This document shows, one piece after another, positions 10,120 through 18,835 of a DNA stretch of 64,000 nucleotides. Each line of letters opens with the position of its first letter. Positions within the stretch are counted from its first letter, which is position 1. The notes beneath the pieces were generated by a model, which saw nothing but the letters and a program-made list of their open reading frames with translations, searched no databases and was not told the origin of the DNA. Made by a program: the position numbers and the translations under genes. The DNA lies in the NCBI GenBank assembly GCA_964626205.1, contig CAZVED010000002.1, positions 23,708 to 87,707 on the forward strand, written 5' to 3'. This DNA comes from an uncultured Gammaproteobacteria bacterium. GTDB taxonomy: Bacteria > Patescibacteriota > Patescibacteriia > SG8-24.

Positions 10120-10509
10120 TCAAAGTCGGAGCGAACGTGCGAGCTCCTGCGGGTCCACGACACTGCGTGCAGCCGAGGGGATCGAGAAGTTATCGATAAG
10201 GAGCACGTATGCCGATCCGGTGTCCGTGAGAACGAACCCGATGACATCGATGCGTACCGGCGCAAGGAGACGCAACAGGCCGGTCTCATGGAACGGCATC
10301 TCGTGCGGATCCCTGCCACGCTCCGGTACCCGGAGTGGACGATCACGCGTCACGACCTCAAGGTACGGCGTCGGTGCAAGACGGCTTGGCATCACAAGGG
10401 AAGCGGCGACACGGCGCTCCATGGCGGCGACGCGGTCGTCGGCCGTTGCCTGGGAGGCTGCGGAAGCGACGATGAACGCCGTTGCCACGAGAACGAAGCG
10501 TCGCGACAT
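10120..10509 (-). CDS. Small secreted protein (signal peptide)
   Basis: Starts MSRRFVLVATAFIVASAASQATA, with a predicted signal peptide and cleavage near A-x-A. Confidence 0.5.
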   Translation of the reverse strand: MSRRFVLVATAFIVASAASQATADDRVAAMERRVAASLVMPSRLAPTPYLEVVTRDRPLRVPERGRDPHEMPFHETGLLRLLAPVRIDVIGFVLTDTGSAYVLLIDNFSIPSAARSVVDPQELARSLRL

Positions 10510-10593
10510 GACATCCTCCTTCGGAGCGACAGGGCGACCCTAGCATCCGTATACCTAAAAAACAACCCGCCTCGTCGGAGGCGGGTAGCGCAT

Positions 10594-11193
10594 TCATTCT
10601 TGCGCGGTCGTGACCGTGTAGTCGAGCGAGGCATTCATCGCGTCGATGTCGGGAAGCGTTGCTTCATGCGCCGCGAGCGGCCACATGGCCTGCACGATGA
10701 GCGCGATGGGGAGGTTCGGCTTCCGGAGGATGTACGTTTTTCCACGCACCTCGGAACCGTAGGCTTCGAAAAAGAACGACGCGTTCATTCCGTCTGCCGA
10801 GACCTGCATCTCTGAGGTTTCGATGCCGACATCAGCAGCCTCCATCAACACCTTTTCGGTGAGCGCGCGCGTGTCCATCGACGAAGGGACGGGGACGGCT
10901 TGGATGAGGTACGCGCTGCGCAACGCGGCATGACGAAGCTTGGCGACCACGCGCGAGGATTGCTCATCGGCGGTCAGCTCTTGGGGAATCCAGAGTTGCG
11001 ACGCGCGGTCAAGCCCGAACTCGAGATTGAACGTCGGAGCTGTAGGAGCTTCTGGCGGCGAAGGCTCCGGTGTCGGCGAAGTCGCGACGGGCGGAGACTC
11101 CGGTGGCGCGACCGGCGTCACGGATGACGGAGGCGGCTTGGAGGCGCATGCGAACAAGACGAACGAAAGGGCGAGAAGTGCGATACGGTGCAT
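10594..11193 (-). CDS. Lipoprotein, paralog family member 1
   Basis: Start chosen at MHRIALLALSFVLFAC (lipobox LFAC) because AAGGAG precedes it. A Pro-rich linker (PPESPPVATSPTPEPSPPEAPTAPT) is followed by a C-terminal domain ending ...IVQAMWPLAAHEATL. Confidence 0.6.
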   Translation of the reverse strand: MHRIALLALSFVLFACASKPPPSSVTPVAPPESPPVATSPTPEPSPPEAPTAPTFNLEFGLDRASQLWIPQELTADEQSSRVVAKLRHAALRSAYLIQAVPVPSSMDTRALTEKVLMEAADVGIETSEMQVSADGMNASFFFEAYGSEVRGKTYILRKPNLPIALIVQAMWPLAAHEATLPDIDAMNASLDYTVTTAQE

Positions 11194-11302
11194 TGAGGAC
11201 TCCTTCAGTGCAGGAAAACGGCACCGAAGGAGCTTACCGGGAGAGTACCGGGAACGCAAGATGGGCATAAAAAAGCTCCCCGGAGGGGGAGCAGAACACG
11301 GT

Positions 11303-11839
11303 TCAGGGAACCACGCGGAGATAGGTCGCGATACCGTCGAGCTCGAGACCCATGGTATCCTCGGCATCGTTCAGAAGGTCCCAGCTTCCGGTGACGACGA
11401 GCATCCATTCCGGGTGATCGCGGTCATGGAAGACCATGACCTGACCAGCCATGGAGCGACCATATAAGAAGATGAAGAGCCCCCAACGGTCGCCGTGCGG
11501 ATCCTTGGCATAGCCGCCGACCCGTGCGCCGGAACGGTCGCGAGCGCGCATCTCTTCCGCAGCGATGTCGGCTGCCGTGCGACCATCCGCACGACGAAGG
11601 CTCACGAGGACGACGGCCTGTGTCACGCGGTGGCGCAGGATGAGCGCCACGGAGCGGTCAGTCGTTGCGGCGTCCTGCTCCCACAAGTCGCTGGGCAGCT
11701 CGAAGGTGACCGTCGGCCTCGACGGAAGTGCCGATGGCAAGGGTGCCGCCTGCACAGGAGGAACCGTTGCACAGGCGACGATGCCGTATGACGACAGAAC
11801 GAACATAAGGATGGAAAGGAGTGGTCGTCGGTGTGGCAT
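11303..11839 (-). CDS. Lipoprotein, paralog family member 2
   Basis: Starts MPHRRPLLSILMFVLSSYGIVAC (lipobox IVAC). The C-terminus ends ...MLVVTGSWDLLNDAEDT. A terminator lies at 11265-11290. Confidence 0.6.
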   Translation of the reverse strand: MPHRRPLLSILMFVLSSYGIVACATVPPVQAAPLPSALPSRPTVTFELPSDLWEQDAATTDRSVALILRHRVTQAVVLVSLRRADGRTAADIAAEEMRARDRSGARVGGYAKDPHGDRWGLFIFLYGRSMAGQVMVFHDRDHPEWMLVVTGSWDLLNDAEDTMGLELDGIATYLRVVP

Positions 11840-11928
11840 GGAAACCCTTTCGAAAAAGACCGTCCGCAAAAACCTAGCAGAAAGTTACTGGATTGAAAAG
11901 ACCCCCGACCTACGTCGGGGATCATGTA

Positions 11929-12552
11929 TCACAGCGGCGGAAGACGAATGACGTTGGGATCCTCCTCGCGGAACCAATCCTCAAAGTCCGGCTCTGGCGG
12001 AGGTGACCCTTCGATGTAAATCGCGGAGACGACATCTTGGAACTCGGAGAGCATCGTGGCGGTGGCCTCGGCAGGCCAGCGGCCGATGATAACCGCGAAA
12101 TACGAGGAATCGGGAAGCTGGCGCACGATGACCGCTCCGCCGTAAATGGTACCGTCATCGGTCGTCTCGATGGTCCGGAACCCCGCGAAAGCCATGCCTT
12201 CGTGGACGCCTTTTTCCATAGGAGACGTCGCCATGTCCTCGCGAGCATCCATGGCTTCCGCAAGACCGGCAGCGATCACTTCGATACTGGACTCCGCAGG
12301 AGCGATGTCAGCGAACGTGAGGGCCGGCGTCACGTACGCATGGCGTAGGACGACATCGACCATCTCATCGTCGGACGGCTCGTGCAGCCAGAGCGGAAGA
12401 TCTGCGACCGCGAGGCGTGGCGGCTCCGGTACTGCGGATTCCGTCTCGACCGTAGCGGATGGCGACGGCGTCGTCGGTGGCGCATGCCCGGCGGAAGCGC
12501 AAGAAGCGATGATGGCGAGGAACGGGAGGATGAACAGGGTCGGCATCCGCAT
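11929..12552 (-). CDS. Lipoprotein, paralog family member 3
   Basis: Starts MRMPTLFILPFLAIIASC (lipobox IASC) with AAAGGAG 7 nt upstream. The C-terminus ends ...FAVIIGRWPAEATATML. Confidence 0.6.
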   Translation of the reverse strand: MRMPTLFILPFLAIIASCASAGHAPPTTPSPSATVETESAVPEPPRLAVADLPLWLHEPSDDEMVDVVLRHAYVTPALTFADIAPAESSIEVIAAGLAEAMDAREDMATSPMEKGVHEGMAFAGFRTIETTDDGTIYGGAVIVRQLPDSSYFAVIIGRWPAEATATMLSEFQDVVSAIYIEGSPPPEPDFEDWFREEDPNVIRLPPL

Positions 12553-12638
12553 GGCGATGCTCCTTTCGTAGCGAGGAAAGAACACCAGAAGAGGCTAGCA
12601 CGGATAGAAAAAAGAGGGTACTCGACCCTCTTGTATCG

Positions 12639-13277
12639 TCATTCCGATCTGCGAATCGTGATACCGCGTAGCACGGCAAGGAATGCCGCCGCGCACGCTT
12701 CGTCATCGGCCTCCGGCCAGACGGCGAAGATCTCGATCTTCGCGCCGGTCGCCGCATCCACGGCAGCGAAGGTCATACCAGTCCCTGCAACACCATCGAC
12801 GACGCCGCCGAACCGGAACCCGATCCATGGGCGCCCGACGGTCGTGAACGTCTCAATAGGGGAGACGTGGACACCATCGATCCGCTCGAACCGATCACGC
12901 GTCCTCCCGACGATTTCCGTCGGTGGGACGTCCGTCGTGACATCCATGACGGCGACACGGAGGATCATGTCCGATCCTGCACGGCTGAACACGTGTATAT
13001 CCATGCCATCTCTTTGCGCCGTCATCACTTCGGTCCACGCGTCCGCGGCAGCGCCGAAACCGATCTCCCAGCGAGGGACCTCGACGGACACGTCGTCGCT
13101 GCCGGCATCCTCATCGTTCGTTACGCCTGGCGCGACAGTCGCACGAGGTGGAGCGACGAGCGATTGCGCGTCCTGCTGCCGCCGAGCGACATCCTGCAGG
13201 ATATGCGTGGAGAACCACCAGCCGCACACCCCGACAGGGATCGCGACAATTATGGCGATGAAAAAGAGCTTCTTCAT
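12639..13277 (-). CDS. Membrane-anchored or lipo-protein, paralog family member 4
   Basis: Starts MKKLFFIAIIVAIPVGVCGWW with GGAGGTG upstream. The C-terminus contains ...EIFAVWPEADDEACAAAFL. Confidence 0.55.
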   Translation of the reverse strand: MKKLFFIAIIVAIPVGVCGWWFSTHILQDVARRQQDAQSLVAPPRATVAPGVTNDEDAGSDDVSVEVPRWEIGFGAAADAWTEVMTAQRDGMDIHVFSRAGSDMILRVAVMDVTTDVPPTEIVGRTRDRFERIDGVHVSPIETFTTVGRPWIGFRFGGVVDGVAGTGMTFAAVDAATGAKIEIFAVWPEADDEACAAAFLAVLRGITIRRSE

Positions 13278-13338
13278 GGAGCACCTCCGCATGACAACCT
13301 TAACAAAAACCCTCCCCTTGGCAAGGGGAGGGAAGCGA

Positions 13339-13890
13339 TCACCGCATGCGCGTGTTCAGGATGATTGCGTCGACACGAGGCAACAGGTCGCGCATGTTGC
13401 CGGGCGGCCACTCCGCGAGGAACAATAGGATCGTGTCCGGACGTTCATAGCTCTCGCGCGCGACGAGCGTACCTTCCTCGTCGTCGCCGTCCGACGTGAC
13501 GCCCGAGAAGGTCACCGACGCGAAGGTGTCACCACCGTCGTAGACCGGTGTATGCGTTGGACGGAACCCTTGATGGATCATGGAGAACCAGTACGCAACA
13601 GCGACCGAAGCGACGTCGAGGCCACCCTCACGCGGAACGATCATGACCGTGATGGTGGCACCCGTCTCCGCATGGTGCATGAGAGCGGCGACACCGCTCT
13701 CCGGCCGTTCCGCAGCACGCGCAGTCCATCCTTCAGGGAGGTAGGGGCGGACCGGGAGGCTATCGAGTGCGCTCGGTGACTCCGGCGATGCCTGCGTCGG
13801 TGAGACGTCGGGTGCCGGGACAGCGGGGGTTGGCGCGACATGTGCGCAAGCGACGAGGACGAAGAACGGCAGTAGGGCGAGCTGTCGCAT
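13339..13890 (-). CDS. Lipoprotein, paralog family member 5
   Basis: Starts MRQLALLPFFVLVAC (lipobox LVAC) with AAGGAG upstream. The C-terminus contains ...ILLFLAEWPPGNMRDLLPRVDAI. Confidence 0.6.
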   Translation of the reverse strand: MRQLALLPFFVLVACAHVAPTPAVPAPDVSPTQASPESPSALDSLPVRPYLPEGWTARAAERPESGVAALMHHAETGATITVMIVPREGGLDVASVAVAYWFSMIHQGFRPTHTPVYDGGDTFASVTFSGVTSDGDDEEGTLVARESYERPDTILLFLAEWPPGNMRDLLPRVDAIILNTRMR

Positions 13891-13969
13891 CAGGGACTCC
13901 TTGCAAAAAGGGCGGTTGACGCGATTCACCGTACGAAAAAAGCCGCCCTTACGCAAGGGCGGCTGTACA

Positions 13970-14572
13970 CTACCGATATTCGATACGGACTGTGCCGAGA
14001 ACGGCCTCGAAGTGCGGTCGCGCTTCCTCGTCGAGCGATGGATGCCACTCTCCGCGGACCGTCATGACGTACGGCGTCTCCGCATCAGTCAACCGACCGA
14101 CGAAGACCGTTCCGTGGACCGGACGTGTCGATCGGCATGCGGTACCGTCGTCCATGCAGTCGGTGCGATCACCGACATACTCGAACCGTGCCCATGAGCC
14201 GTAAGGGTCGTACCGCAGCGGGGACACCGTCCATCCCGGGCCGGCATACGCCATGCGGATCGTCCCTGCGGCGATCTTCGGCGGCGAGACGCCTTCCGCC
14301 GAGCGGACGGAAATCTCGATGACGGCGAAAGTGTCGGACCGGGCGACAAGCCGAGCAGTCATGGGATCGTCCGTCGCCTGCGCCGTGAACATGCCGCTCG
14401 GATCGGTCGCGACGACGGTCGGAATCGACGCACGTGACGTCGTGGCAACCTCCGAGGGAGCAGGGTCGAGATGACCCTTCGGCGGAAGATCGGCTTCCAG
14501 CATGGGTGGGGGTAACGGCGTCGTGGCGCACGCCATAAGGACGAGGGAAAGGAGCAACGATAGCTGACGCAT
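13970..14572 (-). CDS. Lipoprotein (lipobox LMAC), Cys-containing C-terminal domain
   Basis: Starts MRQLSLLLSLVLMAC. The protein is 200 aa and has its own terminator at 13936-13960. Confidence 0.6.
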   Translation of the reverse strand: MRQLSLLLSLVLMACATTPLPPPMLEADLPPKGHLDPAPSEVATTSRASIPTVVATDPSGMFTAQATDDPMTARLVARSDTFAVIEISVRSAEGVSPPKIAAGTIRMAYAGPGWTVSPLRYDPYGSWARFEYVGDRTDCMDDGTACRSTRPVHGTVFVGRLTDAETPYVMTVRGEWHPSLDEEARPHFEAVLGTVRIEYR

Positions 14573-14705
14573 GAGAACCTCCTGTCATCAGGACAAAAGA
14601 ACTCTATACGCGTGCCACGAAACGTCAATCACGGCTTGACCCACGCCCTCCAGAGGGCTACCCTGAGACCGTACACACCGCTCCTTTTGAAGGAAGGACT
14701 GCTCC

Positions 14706-15281
14706 ATGAAAACCGTACTCTTGAGCATCGCGATGGTCGTCGCGCTCGCGACATCCTACGGTCTCGGCTACTACCACCGTGGCAGCTCCGGCCCGCCAAA
14801 CGCTAGCGAGCTCCGCATCAGCATCGACGGCGCAGAGGACGAGCTCACGCTCGCCCCGCTTGCAAAAGGGGAGACGCTCTCCGTCGGCGCCATGGAAGTC
14901 GCGGTCCGTAACGAAACCGCTCCGGACGCCAATGCGCAGTTCCCACATGCCTACGGCGACATCTGTCCGCTCAAGGAGCGCGACCCAGTGCGCGTCGCGG
15001 CACGCTCCGACGATGCGGTGCTCCTCGAGGTCACGGAACGCTCCCCGGACGGACTCTTCGATTCCGGAGACCGTATCGTACGGCACGACCTCGGCGACGG
15101 CGTCACGCGGACCGTCTTCTACTGCCCAGTCGGCACACTGTTCCTGCTCGACCGCCGCCACGCGGACATCGAACGCGTACGACACCTCTCCACGACGGCG
15201 TCCTATCGCCAGCAACGACGCGTCAACGAAGGGGAGCGCACGCTCATCCGCGGTATGCTCCGCGAGAACGGAGGAAGGTAG
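14706..15281 (+). CDS. Secreted or membrane-anchored hypothetical protein
   Basis: Starts MKTVLLSIAMVVALATSYG. A TTGACC-N17-TACCCT promoter candidate lies at 14634-14662. Confidence 0.5.
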   Translation: MKTVLLSIAMVVALATSYGLGYYHRGSSGPPNASELRISIDGAEDELTLAPLAKGETLSVGAMEVAVRNETAPDANAQFPHAYGDICPLKERDPVRVAARSDDAVLLEVTERSPDGLFDSGDRIVRHDLGDGVTRTVFYCPVGTLFLLDRRHADIERVRHLSTTASYRQQRRVNEGERTLIRGMLRENGGR

Positions 15282-15282
15282 C

Positions 15283-15660
15283 ATGATGAACCGTATCCTC
15301 ATCGCCCTGACGACCGTTGTCGTCAGCGTCGCCGCCATCCTCTTCATCGACCGCGCCATGGGCTACGCCTTCTCCGTGGGAGTGACCCTGCCGATGATCA
15401 TCTACCACTACGCCACGCGTTCGGCGTTCGCAATCATCATCGTGCATCTCACCCGGAACAAGACCAAGCTCTGGCATGCTCTCCTCTTCGCCTTCCTCTA
15501 CAGCTTCGTGACAAGCATTCCTAAGACGCTCATGGGATTCCCTCCGGACGGACTTCCGGACGGAGCCTTCCTCCACGACCTTACCTTCGTCCTCCTGATC
15601 ATGGTCGTCTACGCGCGATTGAATCCGCACGTAGAACCGCCGACAGATCAGCCAACGTGA
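15283..15660 (+). CDS. Small integral membrane protein (about 4 TM, 125 aa)
   Basis: Starts MMNRILIALTTVVVSVAAILF with GGAGGAAGG upstream, 1 nt after the previous stop. It is the true 3' part of track ORF 14779-15660. Confidence 0.55.
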   Translation: MMNRILIALTTVVVSVAAILFIDRAMGYAFSVGVTLPMIIYHYATRSAFAIIIVHLTRNKTKLWHALLFAFLYSFVTSIPKTLMGFPPDGLPDGAFLHDLTFVLLIMVVYARLNPHVEPPTDQPT

Positions 15661-15667
15661 CCGCATG

Positions 15668-15695
15668 CCTCTCCCTGAACGGGAGAGGCTTTTTC
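15668..15695 (+). terminator. Intrinsic terminator
   Basis: CCTCTCCC-tgaac-GGGAGAGG followed by CTTTTTC. Confidence 0.65.
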
Positions 15696-15698
15696 ATT

Positions 15699-15748
15699 GT
15701 CACGTTACCCATAGGAGACCGTTTCGTAGTAGAGTATGGGTAGTGACA
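15699..15748. promoter_or_regulatory. Inverted repeat (candidate operator or leader structure) in front of the ECF sigma gene
   Basis: TGTCACGTTACCCATA ... TATGGGTAGTGACA. The 14-16 nt arms are separated by 20 nt and the element ends 10 nt before the ATG at 15759. Confidence 0.4.
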
Positions 15749-15758
15749 CTCCCGACCA

Positions 15759-16331
15759 ATGACCGCCGAAGAGCGACAACTTGCGGAGCGCAGCAGGGCA
15801 GGAGACCGCGAGGCCTTCGCCGGCCTTTACGATGCCTACGCGCAAAAAATCTACCGCTACCTCTATTACCGCATCCAGAACCGCCACACTGCCGAAGATC
15901 TTACGAGCACCGTGTTCCTGAAAGCACTGAATGGTATCGGTAGTTTCGACCCAGAGAAGGGAAGTGTCTCCGCCTGGTTCTACACTATCGCCAGAAACGC
16001 GCTCACCGACCACTTCCGGACGCAAAAGGCGACCGTCGACCTAGAAGACGTCTGGGATGCGCTCGTGGACGGCACGGACCTTGTCCGCGATGCCGATACC
16101 GCCGAACGCCTCAAAGACGTGGACAAGCACCTCATGACGCTCACTGCCGCTCAGCGCGATGTCGTCATCATGCGCCTCTGGGACGGGCTTTCCTACGCCG
16201 AGATCGCAGAAGCGACCGGTAAGAGCGAAGCCGCCTGCAAGATGACGTTCTCTCGTGGAATAACGACGCTTCGCTCGGTCATGCCACTCACCGCCTTCCT
16301 CCTGTTCCTCATTACACGCCCCTATGCATGA
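15759..16331 (+). CDS. ECF-type RNA polymerase sigma factor (sigma-70 family, group 4)
   Basis: Region 2 (FAGLYDAYAQKIYRYLYYRIQNRHTAEDLTSTVFLKAL) and region 4 HTH (RDVVIMRLWDGLSYAEIAEATGKSEAACKMTFSRGITTLR) are present. Confidence 0.85.
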   Translation: MTAEERQLAERSRAGDREAFAGLYDAYAQKIYRYLYYRIQNRHTAEDLTSTVFLKALNGIGSFDPEKGSVSAWFYTIARNALTDHFRTQKATVDLEDVWDALVDGTDLVRDADTAERLKDVDKHLMTLTAAQRDVVIMRLWDGLSYAEIAEATGKSEAACKMTFSRGITTLRSVMPLTAFLLFLITRPYA

Positions 16332-17910
16332 ACGAACAAAAAACCTGCTCATCGAGCTTTACGCGCTCGACCCCTCGCTGAAGGAGCATGAACCTGCCCT
16401 CGTCGCGGTCCTCGAACGCATGACCGCTGCGAAACCCGATGTTCGCATCGACCAAGCCTTCCTTGCAGAACTCCGAGAAACCTTGCTCGCGGTACCAGCA
16501 ACCACTCCTCCTCGCTATCACAACATTATCACTAACCTTTTCGACACTATGTCCAAAACACCTTTCATTCTCGGTGGCCTCGCCATGACCGCCGTCCTCG
16601 TCGCCGTCGTTGCGACGCTTCCGGGACAGGCCCCTTCCGGCACACCGACCGGTTCACAGCTTGCCATGCTCGACGGCATCGTCGACACGGCACCAGGTGC
16701 ATTCGGAAACATCGGTGCGCTCGGCCTACAGGGCGTCGAAGCTCCGTCCGTTGAGTCAGTATCTACGGACACCTCTGCGCCCGCCGCAGAACCGATCGCC
16801 GTCCTCGGCACACCAGCAGCCATCTCCGCACGTCCGCAATCCGGCGGCGGGGGAGGGCTCGGCATGGGAAGCGACGCCAAGATGAGCATCCTCCCATGGT
16901 ACCCGTCTCCCGCGTACGACATCGTCTACGAAGGAGCCGAGCCGATCGAGATCGCCGAGCAGTCGGTCTACCGCCGGAGCACGGACCAGCAGACGCTTAC
17001 AGCATTCGCCGCAGCGGTCACCGGACGTCAGAACGGTCTCATCGACCTCTCCCGTTTCCGCGACCTTCGCATCGAGCGCATCTCGCTCTTCGAGGACCGT
17101 GCAGGCGGGTACCAAACGGAGCTCAACCTCTTCGACGGCTCCCTCTACATGAACCTCGACTGGCGCCACCAGCAATATGACCCGGCAATGGACCGACAGA
17201 TTCCTCTGTCCGAACTGCCGTCGGACACGACGTTCATCGACGCAGCAAACGCTTTCATGGACCGCTTCGGCATCGACCGTGCGGTCTACGGGGAACCGGT
17301 CGTCGACACCAGCTGGCAGCGCTACGTCATCATGGCCGATAGCGCAGAAGCATCCTACGCACCTTCCATGGTGAGCGTGGTCTACCCGCTCCTCGTCGAT
17401 GACATGCAGGTCACGGAGTTCGGTGGAGAAATCGCCGGACCGCGCGTCCACATCCGCGTCCAGGACCTCACGGTGATGAACCTCGGCAATCTCACGACGC
17501 GCCGCTTCGAGCGGTCCGCATACGCCCTCGAACTCGACGTCGTGCGTCTCGTCGCCTTCGCGGAAAAGGGCGGCATCCGCGGCTCCATCCATCAGCCGAT
17601 GAGTTACGACGACCAGGGGAATCCGGTCACACCGACGGAGCCCATGGAGGCCCTGCGCCTCGGGGAGCCTGAGCAGGTGCTCATGAAGATGTATCACTCA
17701 ATCGACAACGTCTCGGTGGAGCTCTATCTCCCGGCCCTCCGCTTCCCGATCCTTAACGTCCCGCAAGGCCCCGATTACTACGGCCCGCGCGATGTCATGG
17801 TGCCGCTCGTGAAGGACATCCTCGATGAAGCCGAGCGCATGATGGACCAACAGCCCGTCCCTATGCCGCTCGACCTCCCGGCCGTCAGTGAACCGGCTGT
17901 CCTCCGGTAG
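16324..17910 (+). CDS. Putative anti-sigma factor or ECF-associated membrane protein
   Basis: Start overlaps the sigma stop (ATGCATGA). A short cytoplasmic N-terminus is followed by one TM (ILGGLAMTAVLVAVVATL) and a large external domain. Confidence 0.5.
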   Translation: MHERTKNLLIELYALDPSLKEHEPALVAVLERMTAAKPDVRIDQAFLAELRETLLAVPATTPPRYHNIITNLFDTMSKTPFILGGLAMTAVLVAVVATLPGQAPSGTPTGSQLAMLDGIVDTAPGAFGNIGALGLQGVEAPSVESVSTDTSAPAAEPIAVLGTPAAISARPQSGGGGGLGMGSDAKMSILPWYPSPAYDIVYEGAEPIEIAEQSVYRRSTDQQTLTAFAAAVTGRQNGLIDLSRFRDLRIERISLFEDRAGGYQTELNLFDGSLYMNLDWRHQQYDPAMDRQIPLSELPSDTTFIDAANAFMDRFGIDRAVYGEPVVDTSWQRYVIMADSAEASYAPSMVSVVYPLLVDDMQVTEFGGEIAGPRVHIRVQDLTVMNLGNLTTRRFERSAYALELDVVRLVAFAEKGGIRGSIHQPMSYDDQGNPVTPTEPMEALRLGEPEQVLMKMYHSIDNVSVELYLPALRFPILNVPQGPDYYGPRDVMVPLVKDILDEAERMMDQQPVPMPLDLPAVSEPAVLR

Positions 17911-17943
17911 ACTTCTGGAAGCGGAATAGACCGTCCTACCATC

Positions 17944-18034
17944 CTGTCATTGCGAGTGGGTCGTACTCGACCCCGAAGCAATCCCGAACATGACGGGATT
18001 GCTTCAGGCCTAAAGGCCCTCGCAATGACAAAGG
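17944..18034. repeat. Composite palindromic element: two inverted copies of a ~36-nt unit also found at 43068
   Basis: Outer arms are TGTCATTGCGAG / CTCGCAATGACA. The inner hairpins are GGGTCG-tac-tCGACCC, GAAGCAATCCCG-aacatga-CGGGATTGCTTC and GGCC-taaa-GGCC. Confidence 0.7.
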
Positions 18035-18121
18035 TGGCGGGACGGTTTTTCGCTAGTTGACACTATCGGGCCCGGAGGCAAAGATAGGGGGACGCACCTT
18101 CTAGCGTCCTCAGAAAGGATC

Positions 18122-18757
18122 GTGCCCGTGGACGAAAATCCCAAGACTCCGCCATCCGCCTCCTACGTCCCCATGGTCGTCTTCGGTGATCGTGGTCACG
18201 AACGGGCAGCAGACATCTTCTCGATGCTGCTCGCCAAGCGCATCATCTTCATCCAGAGCGAGATCGAGCCATACATGGCCGCCGCGGTCGTGGGACAGCT
18301 CATCTATCTCGACTTCGAGGATCCCGACAAGGAAATCTGCATGTACATCCAGAGCCCGGGCGGCCAGATCACTTCCGGCCTCGCGATTGTGGACACCATG
18401 CGGTTCATCAAATCGCCGATTCGCACAGTCTGCGTCGGACAATGCGCCTCCATGGCCTCCTGGATCCTCGCGGCAGGCACCAAAGGACGGCGCACGATTC
18501 TCCCGAACGCGGAAGTCATGATCCACCAGCCTATCGGCGGCGTACGTGGTCAGGCAACGGACATCGAGATCGCGAACACCCACATGCAAGCGACCAAGCG
18601 ACGTATGAACGAGCTCTTCGCAGCCTTCACCGGCAAGAGCATCGAGGAGGTCCGGAGGGACACCGACCGCGACAACTACCTTACCGCCGAACAGGCGAAG
18701 GAGTACGGCATCGTCGACCAGATCATCCCCTGGAGTGTCCCGATCCTCGGCAGCTAA
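18122..18757 (+). CDS. clpP: ATP-dependent Clp protease proteolytic subunit
   Basis: GTG start with GAAAGGA upstream. Catalytic Ser (GQCASMASW), His (MIHQP) and Asp are in ClpP positions. Confidence 0.9.
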   Translation: MPVDENPKTPPSASYVPMVVFGDRGHERAADIFSMLLAKRIIFIQSEIEPYMAAAVVGQLIYLDFEDPDKEICMYIQSPGGQITSGLAIVDTMRFIKSPIRTVCVGQCASMASWILAAGTKGRRTILPNAEVMIHQPIGGVRGQATDIEIANTHMQATKRRMNELFAAFTGKSIEEVRRDTDRDNYLTAEQAKEYGIVDQIIPWSVPILGS

Positions 18758-18835
18758 ATGCGGACGCTTCTGCATACCAACGGCTTCCTCGTCATGAGGG
18801 GCCGTTTTTTGTTCGCGGTGCTATACTGACCGCAT

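Noticed and set aside
14779-15282. The 5' two-thirds of track ORF 14779-15660.
   Set aside because: It overlaps the 14706-15281 gene in another frame and is Ser/Arg-rich. A GGAGGAAGG RBS and tandem ATGs at 15283 define the real 125-aa membrane protein.
17950-17975. GGGTCG-tac-TCGACCC hairpin considered as a possible tRNA T-arm or tRNA fragment.
   Set aside because: The loop is only 3-5 nt, and there is no acceptor stem, D-arm or anticodon arm context. It is part of the larger palindromic repeat element.
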